Positions 25,488 through 37,954 of a stretch of DNA of 64,000 nt are shown here, piece after piece. Each line of letters opens with the position of its first letter. The stretch's first letter is position 1. The stretch comes from Octopus vulgaris (taxonomy: Eukaryota): contig OX597819.1 of the NCBI GenBank assembly GCA_951406725.2, forward strand, positions 61,690,001 to 61,754,000. The letters are read 5' to 3'. The notes under the pieces were generated by a model that was not told where the DNA came from, did not search any database, and worked only from the letters and a program-made list of their open reading frames with translations. A program made the position numbers and the translations under genes.

Positions 25488-26689
25488 AGCTTTTCTATAG
25501 AATGTTTCTAAAATAGGCACAAGGCCTGAAATTCGGGATCGAGGGTTAGTCGGTACTGTCGACCCCAGTATTTGACTGGTACTTTATGTTATCGACCCCG
25601 AAATGATGAAAAGTAAAACTGACATCGGCTAGATTTGAAATCAGAATGTAAAGAGCCAGAAGAAATACCACCAAACATTTTTGTCCGACGCACAAACGAT
25701 TCCGTTAGTTCACTGCCCTGATGACCCCCTTCATCATCACCATCAACCCTTGGGCATTATTGTCTCGGGTCCAGGACTCATAGGGCTGGTTTAACGGTTT
25801 CCACGGCGTATAAGTGACCCTTTGAACGGGACTGAAGTCCGTTTTAGGGTGGAGAGAAATGGAGCAACGTGAAATGAAGTGTTTTGCTCAAGAATGCAAT
25901 ACATCACCGTGTCTTGTCCGAGAATCATAACCGTGATCTTGTAATCGTGAATGCATCTCCTCACCACCAGACCATGCGAGTTCTCAAATCCCTGGCTCAA
26001 TGGTATTTCATTTATCGACCTTCATAGGGCTTGAACTCGGTACCATGAAAACGAAATGAAATTCTATAAAACATTCAGTCCGGGTTCAATCTTTTGTGTT
26101 GTATTGTCTATATTTACTTAAACAATGCCGGTTTCCTTCTTCTGTTTTTTTTGTTTGTTTTTTTTAAGCAAGAGTATGATTTCGATTAAATCAACTGCAA
26201 TATATTAATAGCAATTACTTTATTGAACCCCTGAGGTATGAAACGCAATGTCCTCTCCACTAAGACATAAATTAGAAATTAAAAGAACGTAATTCAATTC
26301 TATAACATAATTAGTACGACATTTTACCGTTTATGGCAACGTCTTTGTAAGGTAGCCAGTATGTATTGTTAAATCAATCGATTATATTATAGCTTCTTCT
26401 TCTTCTTCTTCTTCTTCTTCTTCTTCTTCTTCTTCTTCTTCTTCTTCTTCTTCTTCTTCTTCTTCTTCTTCTTCTTCTTCTTCTTCTTCTTCTTCTTCCG
26501 GACCTGCTGGCCTTGTGCTAAGCTTTGAAACCATTATTGTTATGGTTATAATCATTATTATAGCATGGCTTAGTGATTTCAATTCCTGACGCGTGGTACG
26601 CAATGTAGCTGTTCAGACGACGTCGATTTGATGGAGAGAGTGAGTTAAAATGAAGCACAAACATTTGATCACTTTAAACAAATCATTTG

Positions 26690-27180
26690 TACACATCGTT
26701 TGCCAGGGGTATCATGCAAAGAACAAAAAACAACGGAGATAGGCTATCACCCAGGATAACCCCTCTTCTGCTACCCAGGGTGCTCATGCTTTTTCCGTAA
26801 GATATCAGTTCAGTTTTTAATCGCACCACTCTTCTCTTCAGGAAACAGGTTACATTCCTCGCAATTCCAAACAGATTCAAGCACTCGATGATCTACGAAT
26901 GTGGAACCATATCTATTTCTTCACTACCCACAAGGGGCTAAACACAGAGAGGACAAACAAGGACAGACAAACGGATTAAGTTGATTATATCGACCCAAGT
27001 GCGTAACTGGTACTTATTTATCCGACCCCGAAAGGATGAAAGGCAAAGTCGACCTCGGCGGAATTTGAACTCAGAACGTAACGGCAGACGAAATACGGCT
27101 ACGCATTTCGCCCGGCGTGCTAACGTTTCTGCTAGTTCGTCGCCCTATGATATGTGGAACCATATTATAAACTTTGCGAT
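26690..27180 (-). mobile_element. Non-LTR RT fragment (R4-like) interrupted by a SINE A (26913-27145) with 14-bp TSD
   Basis: Peptide KVYNMVPH|S.IIECLNLFGIA...RRGVILGDSLSPLFFVLCMIPL (RT motifs); TSD ATGTGGAACCATAT at 26899-26912 and 27152-27165. Confidence 0.85.
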
Positions 27181-27294
27181 ATTATTATTGTTGTTGTTGT
27201 TGTTGTTGTTGTTGTTTTTATTATTATTACGAAAATTTTTGTCCGACCTCAGTGTGCGATGATGACACTAGTGACTTGCGCAGACATGGCCAGA

Positions 27295-28012
27295 GGCTTG
27301 GCTTGGCTACGTGATTAAGAAGCTTGCTTTCTTGCAACGTGGTTTCGGGTTCAGTTCTACTGCGCAGCATCTTGGGCAAATGTTTTCTACTATAGCCCCC
27401 GGTCGACTAAGGCCTCGTAAGTAGATTTGGTACTCAGAGATAGAAACTCTGTGGAAGACTGTGGTGTGTGTGTGTGTGTGTATATGTATATGCGCGCGCA
27501 CATACACGCGCGCGCAAACACACACACATATGCATGTATGTATGTATGTATGTATGTATGTATGTATGTTTCTCTCCTTGTTTTTTTCTGTGTATCTTTC
27601 TGTCGAAGAGCGTAGGCTCGAAACGTAAAATACTTTTTCTATTCCTGAGCGCTATACTAATACATTTGTTTGTTTGTACTCCACCTGCCTTCGTCTTTTG
27701 TTTATTTTCGTAAACTTTCCCTTTATGTATGTATGTATGTATGTATGTATGTATGTATGTATGTATGTATGTATGTATGTATGTATATATGTATAAGTGT
27801 GTGTGTGTTTGTAAGAGGGAGAGAGAGAGTGTGTGTGCGTGCCTTTATCTTAGATTTTGTTCACCTCACCATCGCTTGTTTACGTACCAGTATACTAGCT
27901 GTTAGGCAAAAGAGATCGATGGAATAGGTATCTGAGTTATTTGTTCAACTAAATCTCTCAAGGCGGTGCCCTAGCATGACCGCAGTCCAATGATTGAAAC
28001 AAGTAAAAGATT
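27295..28012 (+). mobile_element. SINE family B, diverged, with a PLE-pLTR-like insert (~27570-27722)
   Basis: Head and tail of family B; the internal microsatellite carries a ~150-bp insert also present, inverted, at 41915-42075. Confidence 0.75.
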
Positions 28013-28187
28013 AAAGATATTTAACCTGGTGATATCACTCACTCACTCACTTTCTCTCACTCACTCACTCACTTTCTCTCTCACTCACTCTCTCACTCAC
28101 TCTCTCACGCTCTTTCTGTATCTATCTATTTATCTTTGTCTGTCTGTCTCTCTATCACTCTTTAACTCTGTCTCTCTCCCTCTCTAT

Positions 28188-28263
<76 letters not shown>

Positions 28264-28986
28264 TGTCTGTCTGCCCCTCTCTCTCACTCTCTAACTCTCT
28301 ATTTATCTTTGTCTATCCCTCTCTCTCCCTCTTTCTCCCTCCCCCCTCTCTCTCTCCCTCTCTCCCTCTCCCCTTCTCTCTCTCTCTCAATGAATAAAAC
28401 TACTTTCAACTTCATAATTTCTATTGATTTCTTGCATTATAAAAAAGGCAGCCGAAGATATTGCATAGTGATCGATATAGTTGATTGACTTGACTCCAGT
28501 ATACATCTTGTACTTATTTCAACTTTGTAGAATTCACACTTCTTTCAAAATTCGGTTATTCTGAAATTTCTGCTGTGAAGGAAAAGCAAATAAGAATATG
28601 AACATTATCATTAAGTTATCGACTTTCAGTTAAACAGCATTTCTCTATATTTCTCGTGTGAATTCTTTGTTTAAGTAATAGATAAATAATCTTTGTGTTA
28701 TTATTTTTAATCACTTTTAGAAGAAGTGATCGAACAGAATCAATAGATGACCGGAAAAAATGTCTTGCAGTATTTGTTCTAATTCCTTACATTCTGAGTT
28801 CAAATATTGCCGAGGTCAACTTTCGGAGGCGATAAATTAAGTACCAGTTGAGTACTAGGGTCAATAAAATCGGCTTAGGCCCTACCCCAAAATTTCAGGC
28901 TTTGTGCCCATAGTAAAAAAAGATCATCATTATTATTATTATTATTATTATCATTATTATTATCATTATTATTATTATTATTATTC

Positions 28987-29240
28987 TATGTTTGACTTTT
29001 GCTTTATGTCTGTACAAGCTGGCTCCAAGTCTCACCCAAAGACCTCAAGAGACAACAGGTTGGAAGTTCTGTGCCATATATTTGGGGGTTTTTCTTTTTG
29101 GTGTTGTACTAGTGAATGTCTAATACATAACAAAAATTAAAATAAATAAATTTAAAAAAATAAAATAAAAATAAGAATTAAAAAAAAAGTTTGTTTTAAA
29201 CCTTGGGATTACATAGAGAGTATTTTGCGTAGGATATGAG
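28987..29240 (-). mobile_element. 3' end of a second R4/Dong-like family
   Basis: Minus strand reads AHILRKILSM* (cf. GTARILRK of the other copies), then a 3' UTR ending in (AAT)n; flanked by TAA arrays. Confidence 0.65.
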
Positions 29241-29444
29241 CATTATTATTATTATTATAAGTAGTAGTAGTAGTAGTAGTAAGCCAGCGAGATGGCAGAA
29301 TCATTTGCACGTCGGGCACAACGGGGTCGACTTTGCCTATCATTCCTTTGGAGTCGATTAAATAAGTACCAGTTACACGCTGGGGTCGATGTAATGGACG
29401 TAATCTCTTCCTCCAAGCTGCCCTTGTAAAAATTTGAAATAATG

Positions 29445-29501
<57 letters not shown>

Positions 29502-29514
29502 GTTGTTGTTGTTG

Positions 29515-29553
<39 letters not shown>

Positions 29554-29554
<1 letters not shown>

Positions 29555-29911
29555 GGCGGTGAGCTGGCAGAAACATTAGCACGCCGGGCGAAATGCTCAG
29601 CGGTATTTCATCTGCCGTTACGTTCTATGTTCAAATTCCGCCGAGATCGACTTTGCCTTTTATCCTTTCGGGGTCGATAAATTAAGTACCAGTTACGCAC
29701 TGGGGTCGATATAATCGACTTAATCCCTTTGTCTGTCCTTGTTTGTCCCTTCTGTGTTTAGCCCCTTGTGGGTAGTAAAGAAATAGGTATGTCGCCTGTC
29801 TTTACATTCTGAGTTCAAATTCCACCGAGGTCGACTTTGCCTTTCATCCTTTTAGGGTCGATAAATTAAGTGTCAGTGAAACACTGGGATTGATGTAATC
29901 GACAAGTCCCC
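29554..29911 (+). mobile_element. SINE family A dimer
   Basis: GGCGGTGAGCTGGCAGAAAC head; junction AAAGAAATA|GGTATGTCG. Confidence 0.9.
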
Positions 29912-30159
29912 TACATCTTTTCCAGCTGGCTATCGACGCACAACTGAGTCCATGTACCTCGAACAATGACGCAATTGTGCAGCGAGAAATAAGTAGTAAC
30001 AGAACTACTGTGTTACTATCTTTTTTAGTCTCAAGAAAACATCTTTTCCAGTTGGCTATCGATGCACAATTGCGTCATTGTTCGAGGTACATGGACTCAG
30101 TTGTGTGTCGATAGCCAGCTGGAAAAGATGTATCCCTGGGGCTAAAAAAGATAGTACAC
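29912..30159. repeat. Long inverted repeat (hairpin 30010-30159) plus an inverted partial duplicate (29912-29985)
   Basis: TACTATCTTTTTTAG...CTAAAAAAGATAGTA encloses a ~40-bp stem; 29912-29985 is the reverse complement of 30059-30132 with 2 mismatches. Confidence 0.9.
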
Positions 30160-30889
30160 CGTTTTAATCAGGACTGCCACTTTACGTTGGCAAATAGACT
30201 TTACCCTTACTATATATATATACACGGTGAAAATATTGTCAATTTCCCTAAACAGGGACACAATTCAATTTTTAAACAATAACCAAAGCTCCTTCTCCCA
30301 AAGGGGGAGGGTTACAGTTTACAATTATTTAACAAATGCAACACAACAATGTTTCCTTTACGATGAACCAACAAACGTGATAACGATAGTTAAACAGTAA
30401 TAATAATAACAAACCTTACGATGAATCAGAAAGCAGTAAGCAGTTGAAGCTTTAGTCCTTTATGTATAAGAAATAAACCAACAGCAGTACTCTGTAGAAG
30501 CGGCTGTTCAAGAAAACAGATATTACATACAGCCAAACTTCATATAGATACTTAATGCTAGCTAATTAGCAGATAATCTAATGTAAAAGCACAGCTCCAT
30601 CTGGACTATTCCATTTCTGCACGCTAATTTTATTTTCAATTTATTCCCATTCATGTGAAACCACTTATTCAAGTTCAAGTCATTGATGCAATTTTATACC
30701 AATTGCTATTTTTACTTTTGTTATGTTACGATTATATTATACTTTAGTTTGGTTTTAATTATTACTTACTACATATAATTCAATTGCTATTATTATTTTC
30801 ATTGTTAAAGTGAAAGTATCTGACATAAAATAGAGAAATGTTTTTGTTTCACTTTTAACACGTAATACTGAAATAGTGGAGAAGATATG

Positions 30890-31359
30890 ATATTGCTATG
30901 GGCTCGCTCTAGGCAAGAAGTTGAACATTTTTTCCCATGAAACTACATGGACCCTAAGTAAGGCATGTGTAAAATTTGAATGAAATTGGTTGTGTAGTTC
31001 TCAAGTTTTAGGGAAACACACAGACAGACAGACACACATTCTCAGTTTTATATATATAAAGATTAATCAACGAAGAAGAATAAGTTAAGCCTACAATCAC
31101 GGAATTTGAGCAATCAAAATGTTATGATATTAACACATTAACTGTCCTTTTAATTCCCACAATCTTATGAAGTTATTTTAAGAAAGGTAAAATATGAAGA
31201 GGATCAGTGTTCCAGGCTCGCCCTAGGCAAAAAGTTAAATTTTGCCGATGACACTCCCCGGACCCTAAGTAAGGCATGTGTAAAATTTGAATGAAATTGG
31301 TTGCGTAGTTCTCAAGTTTTAGGGAAACACACAGACAGACAGACACACATTCTCAGTTT

Positions 31360-31375
<16 letters not shown>
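30890..31375 (-). mobile_element. Two tandem Lep1-like Helitron terminal fragments (30890-31062; 31213-31375)
   Basis: ~150-bp direct repeat with AAATTTGAATGAAATTGGTT...ACAGACAGACAGAC...TTTTATATATAT..AGAT, the same architecture as the intact Helitron at 52544. Confidence 0.65.
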
Positions 31376-31395
<20 letters not shown>

Positions 31396-31949
31396 AAACA
31401 ATAATACTTCGATTAAAGCGACAAACCTAAACAACTGACTGAAAAATGATAACCTTACCAGGCTAGAATCGAACCCACGTATCAACGCTAACATGGCTCC
31501 ATACGCATCTGATTGAGCCAAACGCTCACCCATCAATTTCAGTCAAATTTAATATACAGATACTCTACAGTCGAGTATTATATCATATAATATTTGTAAA
31601 CAAACCCTTAGGCTTGACAAGTTACGGAGAAAAAGCGACTACGAAAGCCTTTTTTTTATACAATATGATAATATATCATACTAATATATATACTCCGATA
31701 AAAGCGACAAATCTAAACAATTGATTGAAAAATTATGAGTTTACCAGGATAGAATCGAACCCATATATCAACGCTAACATGGCTTCATGCGCACTCAATT
31801 GGTCCAAACGCTCACTCATATATTATTATATAGTTATTGTATAAAAAAGACGTTCGTAGTCGCTTTTTCTCCATAACTTATTAAGCCTCCGGTATTTCTT
31901 TACAAATATTACTAGACATTAAATCTATACAATAAATTTGACTGGGATT

Positions 31950-32046
31950 GATGGGTGAGCGTCTGGCTCAATCGGATGTATGTGCTTGGAGCTATGTTAG
32001 CGTTGATATATGGGTTTGATTCTTGCCTGGTAAGCTCATCATTTTT
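31950..32046 (+). ncRNA. Pol III-type small RNA cassette (vault-RNA-like or tRNA-derived); copies at 31442-31534 (-) and 31728-31819 (-)
   Basis: GATGGGT...A box TGGCTCAATCGG...B box GG(T/C)TCGATTC...GCTCATC then ATTTTT; the 5' and 3' ends pair over 7 bp; no tRNA cloverleaf. Confidence 0.45.
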
Positions 32047-33809
32047 CAGTCAATTGTTAAGATTTGTCGCTTTAATCGGGTTGTATATATTATGCTATAT
32101 TATTATTTAGTTATCTATATATATATTAAACCGAGGGTGTGTGTGTGTGTATGTGTAAACCTGCAGACTTCTGGTGTTCGCAACTGATTTTCTCCAAACT
32201 GGGAACATACATTACTTATGTTCCAGAGATGATTTTAGACTCTCAAAATTTTTCATATGGTGAGTTAAGGGGCCTTTTGGGACAGAAAACACCCTTTCCT
32301 GGGTAAACAACACGAACGATCGCATAACTTGGTTGCTTTGTTGGTTCAAGGAACATTACTCTTGAACCTCTTTATATATCTGTATATATAAAACTGGGGA
32401 TGTGTGTGTTTATGCGTCTACTCTGTAGTAGGACTGAACTCGAAGCCATGTAGCTTCAAAGTGAGTTTCTTAACCATACAGCCATACCTGCGCCTATATG
32501 TAAATTTCTGTAAATTTACTTTTGAATGATTTAGATTTTAGATTGTCTTACACAAGGAGGAGCGGAGGAAGTGTAGTAACTTCATAGGTCGTGTCTGCTT
32601 GTTGGCTGTGTGTAAAATCATAAACCACACACACGAACAATGAGCAAAAGCTTTATTTACTGCACATAGTGCTTTCTATGTTGGTCTTTGGATGAAAAGT
32701 GAAATCAATAATTGGAACACACTGGGGGAGACAAACTCTGGGGTCTATGATGAAATAGCTGGTATGTATCGATCTGTGACAAGGGGGCAATATCGTTACA
32801 ACTGGGGAAATATCGTGCTAAATCCATGATGGCAAATCTGTGTCTTCAATCTGCATGGTAGGTGAATGGAAAAAATAAGCAGGGAGTTGTTAAAGCAACT
32901 GCCTCGTTCAAAAGCCAACTTTTATAGGACTCATTAGAAAGTTCTAGAAACGTGAATCATGTGATGGCTTAACGCTCAATGATCAGTTAATCGGTTAATC
33001 ACGTGAAACAATAATGATCTCAGCGTTGCATCCGCATGGATGTCCAGCGATTCGGTTTCGAATCTGCTATAGACCTATGAAATTTTCCGTTGACCATCAA
33101 AACTTTGGTATGGCCAAAGTTTTAATGGAGTGAAGCAGGAGTCCACATTGTCCTAAATCATGTTGTTCATTAGATTGGATTACAGTTTTAGTTTCCAATC
33201 GGCCCGAATTTTTGAACCGGTTTCGATACGCCCTGAAATCAAAAACCGCCAAGGTCAATCTAACCTTTAATACTTCTCTCAAATTTACTGGCTTTGTGCT
33301 TAAAATCAAAAGTAATTATTAAATTCTCACGAGAAAGATATCGGGTTTAAACAATTACTCTGTAAAATAGCTTTCGCTCTATTGAGGTTATGAGCTCACT
33401 TGCAAGTTGAATTTGTGATATAATTTCACCTCCATCTTGTTGCTAGCCACCTCATTTATGACACTAAATCCCTCAGGAAATGCATGAATGGTACCAAATT
33501 TCATTTTCTGAAGTCAATAATCTATAATGTCATTCAGCTTCCGTTTCTGCATGTAATCCTATAATTATGAAACGAAATCGAGGACATGAATTATACATTC
33601 AACATATTGTATATTATTTAGAAGACAGCTGACTGATAAACTATAAAACAAAATCGATGACATAATTTATTTCAGACACAACATTTATATTATTTACGTT
33701 ATTGGGAAGACAATTGACTGGTGTATAAATATTTTAGATTAAAACACATACAAACATGAACACACAAACACACACACACACATACACACACACATACGTA
33801 CACATACAA

Positions 33810-33896
<87 letters not shown>

Positions 33897-33969
33897 GATA
33901 TGTAGAAAAATACAAACTGATATATATATATATATGGAGGCGCAATAGCCCAGTGGTTAGGGCAGCTTG

Positions 33970-34940
33970 AGCAACTAAACGCAAAACGCTTGCACAGGGT
34001 CCTAATACCATCAGAACTCATACCTTTGTACAAAAAGTTCAAGAAGTAATCGATAAAACCCTGGAAAGTCAATCAGAGCCATTGTAAAGGACTTCGTGGT
34101 TTCAGAATGCACCACCGGAAGAACTGTGCCAGAGGACATCTGGTACAAGTCGTATGAGATACGGAAGGATAAATCTATATCGGATGTGGCAAGAGAGTTA
34201 AATAAGTTAAAACACCAAGAGGCTGAAATACTTTGTTTTTCTCCGATGAGAAAGACTTCGATCAGGACCAAAAGGTAAACCGAAAAAACGACAGATGGTT
34301 ATGGAAAGACCCGAATAAGGTTCCAATGGTCAAGTATACTAAATTCCCAGCAACTGTGATGGTTTTGGGAGTTGTCAGCAGCTAGAGAGATGTCAACCTC
34401 CTTACTTATTCTCGCAGCATTTAAAACCCATTGCTGCTGTCTACTCAGAAATGTTGGAGAAAGTTGAGACTCTACATAGACAGAGTACGCAATGGAAGAC
34501 TATATGTCTTCCAACAAGGCTCTGCGCCGTTTCATAAGGCTAAGACAACCTAAGAATGGTTGCGTGCCAATCTCCCTGATCTTGTTCTCCCAGACACATG
34601 GTCTCCTGGCTCACCAGACCTCAATCCACTGGACTATTACGTATGGGGCGTAATTAAGAGAGAGGCCAATCAATAACCCCATCATGCCATATAATCTCTC
34701 AAGTACACCATAACCACTATGTCCAAAATTGATAAGGATCATCTAATTTGAACATGTTAACACTTTCGACCCCGTATTGAAGCAGCCATTGATGCTAACG
34801 ATGGATTCATTGAATAGATGTGATAAAACGATTCTCAAGATTATTTGTACAAATTTCTTTTCAAATCAAGTTTTTCTTTGATGAGTAATGCGTCATTTTT
34901 CTAAATTCATACAAATGACCTCAAAAAAACTGACACACCC
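33970..34940 (+). mobile_element. Tc1/mariner DD37D (maT-type) transposase pseudogene
   Basis: Motifs FFSDEK (~34240), NDRWL, TKFPATVMVLGVVS, VFQQ(G)SAPFH (34506-34535) and SPDLNPLDYYVWG (34611-34649); 37 residues between the 2nd and 3rd catalytic positions; many stops and frameshifts. Confidence 0.9.
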
Positions 34941-35348
34941 AACATTGCGATCGTGCTGGAGCACCACTTTGAATGGTTTGGTGATATTGATCCTAGAACT
35001 TAATTCTAGGATTAGTCGAGGATATCGATCCCAGAATTTTTTTATTACTATTTTTTAAATTTTATTTTTAAATCGCATTTGTCGAACCGCCAAGTTACGG
35101 AACATAACTAGTAGCACCAGTTTCTAAAAAGTGTAAAGTCACTCACACACACACACACACACATACACACACATCCACAGGAGAGAGGGGGGGCAGAGGA
35201 GGGGGAGAGAGTCTCACACACGCACACACACAGAGTCACACACATTCATAAACACACATGCATATACTAAAAAAATATAGAGCATGAGCGGAAGTAATAG
35301 CTCCACGAGAAAGAAAAGAGAAGTGGGGAAGGTGTAGGAGGAGTAACG

Positions 35349-36064
35349 GAAAGAAAGAAAGAAAGAAAGAAAAAGAAAGAAAGAAGGAAAGAAAGAAAGA
35401 AAGAAGGAAGGAAGGAAGGAAGGAAGGAAGGAAGGAAGGAAAGAAAGAAAGAAAGAAGGAAGGAAAGAAAGAAAGAAAGAAAGAAAAGAAGAAAGGAAAG
35501 AAAGAAACAAAGAAAGAAAGAAAGAAAGAAGGAAAGAAAGAAAGAAGGAAAGAAGGAAGGAAAGAAAGAAGGAAGGAAGGAAGGAAAGAAGGAAGGAAGG
35601 AAAAAAAGAAGGAAAGAAAGAAGGAAGGAAGGAAGGAAGGAAGGAAGGAAGGGAGGAAGGAAGGAAAGAAAGAAGGAAGAAGGAAGGAAAGAAAGAAAGA
35701 AAGAAAGAAAGAAAGGAGGAAAGAATGAATGAAGGAAAGAAAGAAAGAAAGAAAGAAAGAAGGAAAGAAGGAAAGAAGGAAGGAAAGAAAGAAAGAAAGA
35801 AGGAAAGAAAGAAGGAAAGAAGGAAAGAAGGAAGGAAAGAAAGAAAGACAGAAGGAAAGAAAGAAAGAAAGAAAGAAAGAAGGAAAGAAAGAAAAAAGAA
35901 AGAAGGAAAGAAGGAAAGAAAGAAAAAAGAAGGAAAGAAAGAAGAAAGGAAAGAAAGAAAGAAAGAAAGAAGGAAGGAAGGAAGGAAGGAAGGAAGGAAA
36001 GAAAGAAAGTAAAAAGGAAGGAAAGAAAGAAAGAAAGAAAGGAAAGGAAGGAAGGAAGGAAGGA

Positions 36065-36096
<32 letters not shown>

Positions 36097-36197
36097 AGGA
36101 AGGAAGGAAGGAAGGGAGGAAGGAAGGAAAGAAAGAAGGAAGGAAGGAAGGAAAGAAAGAAAAAAAAGAAAGAAGGAAGGAAAGAATGAATGAAGGA

Positions 36198-36229
<32 letters not shown>

Positions 36230-36894
36230 AGGAAAGAAGGAAAGAAGGAAGGAAAGAAAGAAAGAAAGAAGGAAAGAAAGAAGGAAAGAAGGAAAGAAGG
36301 AAGGAAAGAAAGAAAGAAAGAAGGAAAGAAAGGAAAAAGAAAGAAGGATGGAAAGAAAGAAAGAAAGAAAGAAGGAAAGAAGGAAAGAAGGAAAGAAGGA
36401 AGGAAAGAAAGAAAGAAAGAAGGAAAGAAAGAAAAAAGAAAGAAGGATGGAAAGAAAGAAAGAAAGAAAGAAGGAAAGAAGGAAAGAAAGAAAAAAGAAA
36501 GAAGGAAAGAAGGAAAGAAAGAAAAAAGAAGGAAAGAAGGAAAGAAAGAAAGAAAGAAAGAAAGAAGGAAGGAAGGAAGGAAGGAAGGAAGGAAAGAAAG
36601 AAAGAAAGAAAGTAAAAAGGAAGGAAAGAAAGAAAGAAAGGAAAGAAGGATGGAAAGAAAGAAAGAAAGAAAGAAAGAAAGAAGGAAGGAAGGAAAGAAA
36701 GAAAGAAAGAAGGAAAGAAAGAAAGAAAGAAGGAAGGAAGGAAAGAAAGAAAGAAAGAAAGTAAGAAAGGAAGGAAAGAAAGAAAGAAAGGAAGAAAGAA
36801 GGAAGGAAGGAAAAAGAAGGAAAGAAAGAAGGAAAGAAAGAAGGAAGGAAGGAAGGAAGGAAGGAAGGAAGGAAGGAAGGAAGGAAAACAGAAG

Positions 36895-36955
<61 letters not shown>
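35349..36955 (+). repeat. 1.6-kb polypurine (GAAA/GAAG/GGAA)n tract
   Basis: Almost exclusively A/G on the + strand, with internal higher-order duplications. Confidence 0.97.
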
Positions 36956-37371
36956 CTTTTGTGAATTGATTAAGTGCTGCATACGATACAATGAAAAAGA
37001 CTGAAATACAAATCGGTTTTATTTTTCCCTTCTGCTTATTTTTCCAACTTTTCGATTCGATGTTTCAGCGTATAAAATATTGGTTCTTTTGTCTGGGCAT
37101 AAAAGGCTTTATGTTTTATGCGAAACGAAAAAGGAAAGGGCATTAGCGGCATCAATGAAATGAAATAACTTCCACTGGGGAATCGGAACTTTTTCATGTG
37201 TTCGATTTACCAGGAATTTAACCCCTTTACTCTATAACGTTCACCAGAAGATTTATATATTTGTTCATAAAAGGAAAATTTCATTGTATTTCTTTGCAAG
37301 AAAAGAAAGTATGTTTACAATACATGAGAAGAAATGTTACGGCGAGTTTGATTTTTTTTTTATGTAAGTAA

Positions 37372-37536
37372 GGCGCAGGAGTGGCTGTGTGGTAAGTAGC
37401 TTGCTAACCAACCACATGGTTCCGCGTTCAGTCCCACTGCGTGGCATCTTGGGCAAGTGTCCTCTGCTATAGCCCCGGGCCGACCAATGCCTTGTGAGTG
37501 GATTTGGTAGACGGAAACTGAAAGAAGCCTGTCGTA

Positions 37537-37581
<45 letters not shown>

Positions 37582-37802
37582 TTGTGTGTCTGTGTTTGTT
37601 CCCCTAGCATTGCTTGACAACCGATGCTGGTGTGTTTACGTCCCCGTCATTAGCGGTTCGGCAAAAAGAGACCGATAGAATAAGTACTGGGCTTACAAAA
37701 AGAATAAGACCCGGGATAGAGTTACTCGACTAAAGGCGGTGCTCCAGCATGGCCGCAGTCAAATGACTGAAACAAGTAAAAGAGTAAAAGAGAGTAAAGA
37801 GT
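37372..37802 (+). mobile_element. SINE family B, full-length young copy
   Basis: GGCGCAGGAGTGGCTGTGTGGTAAG head, CORE-like CTTGGGCAAGTGTC, internal (TA)n(TG)n, (GAGTAAAA)n tail. Confidence 0.95.
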
Positions 37803-37954
37803 AAGTACCCAATGAAACAATTCCAACAAGACAAGCATGAGATTTATATGACCTTCGTAATCTAAACAAAACAAAGAGAAAAAATAAAGGATTTGTAGTG
37901 AGATATAAAATGGCGTGAGAGAAATCTTAAATTCAAGTATTTATCCTTCTTTTA

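Noticed and set aside
35267-36991. 574-aa and related K/E/R- or F/L/S-rich ORFs
   Set aside because: Translations of the (GAAA/GGAA)n tract, which cannot contain stop codons; not genes.
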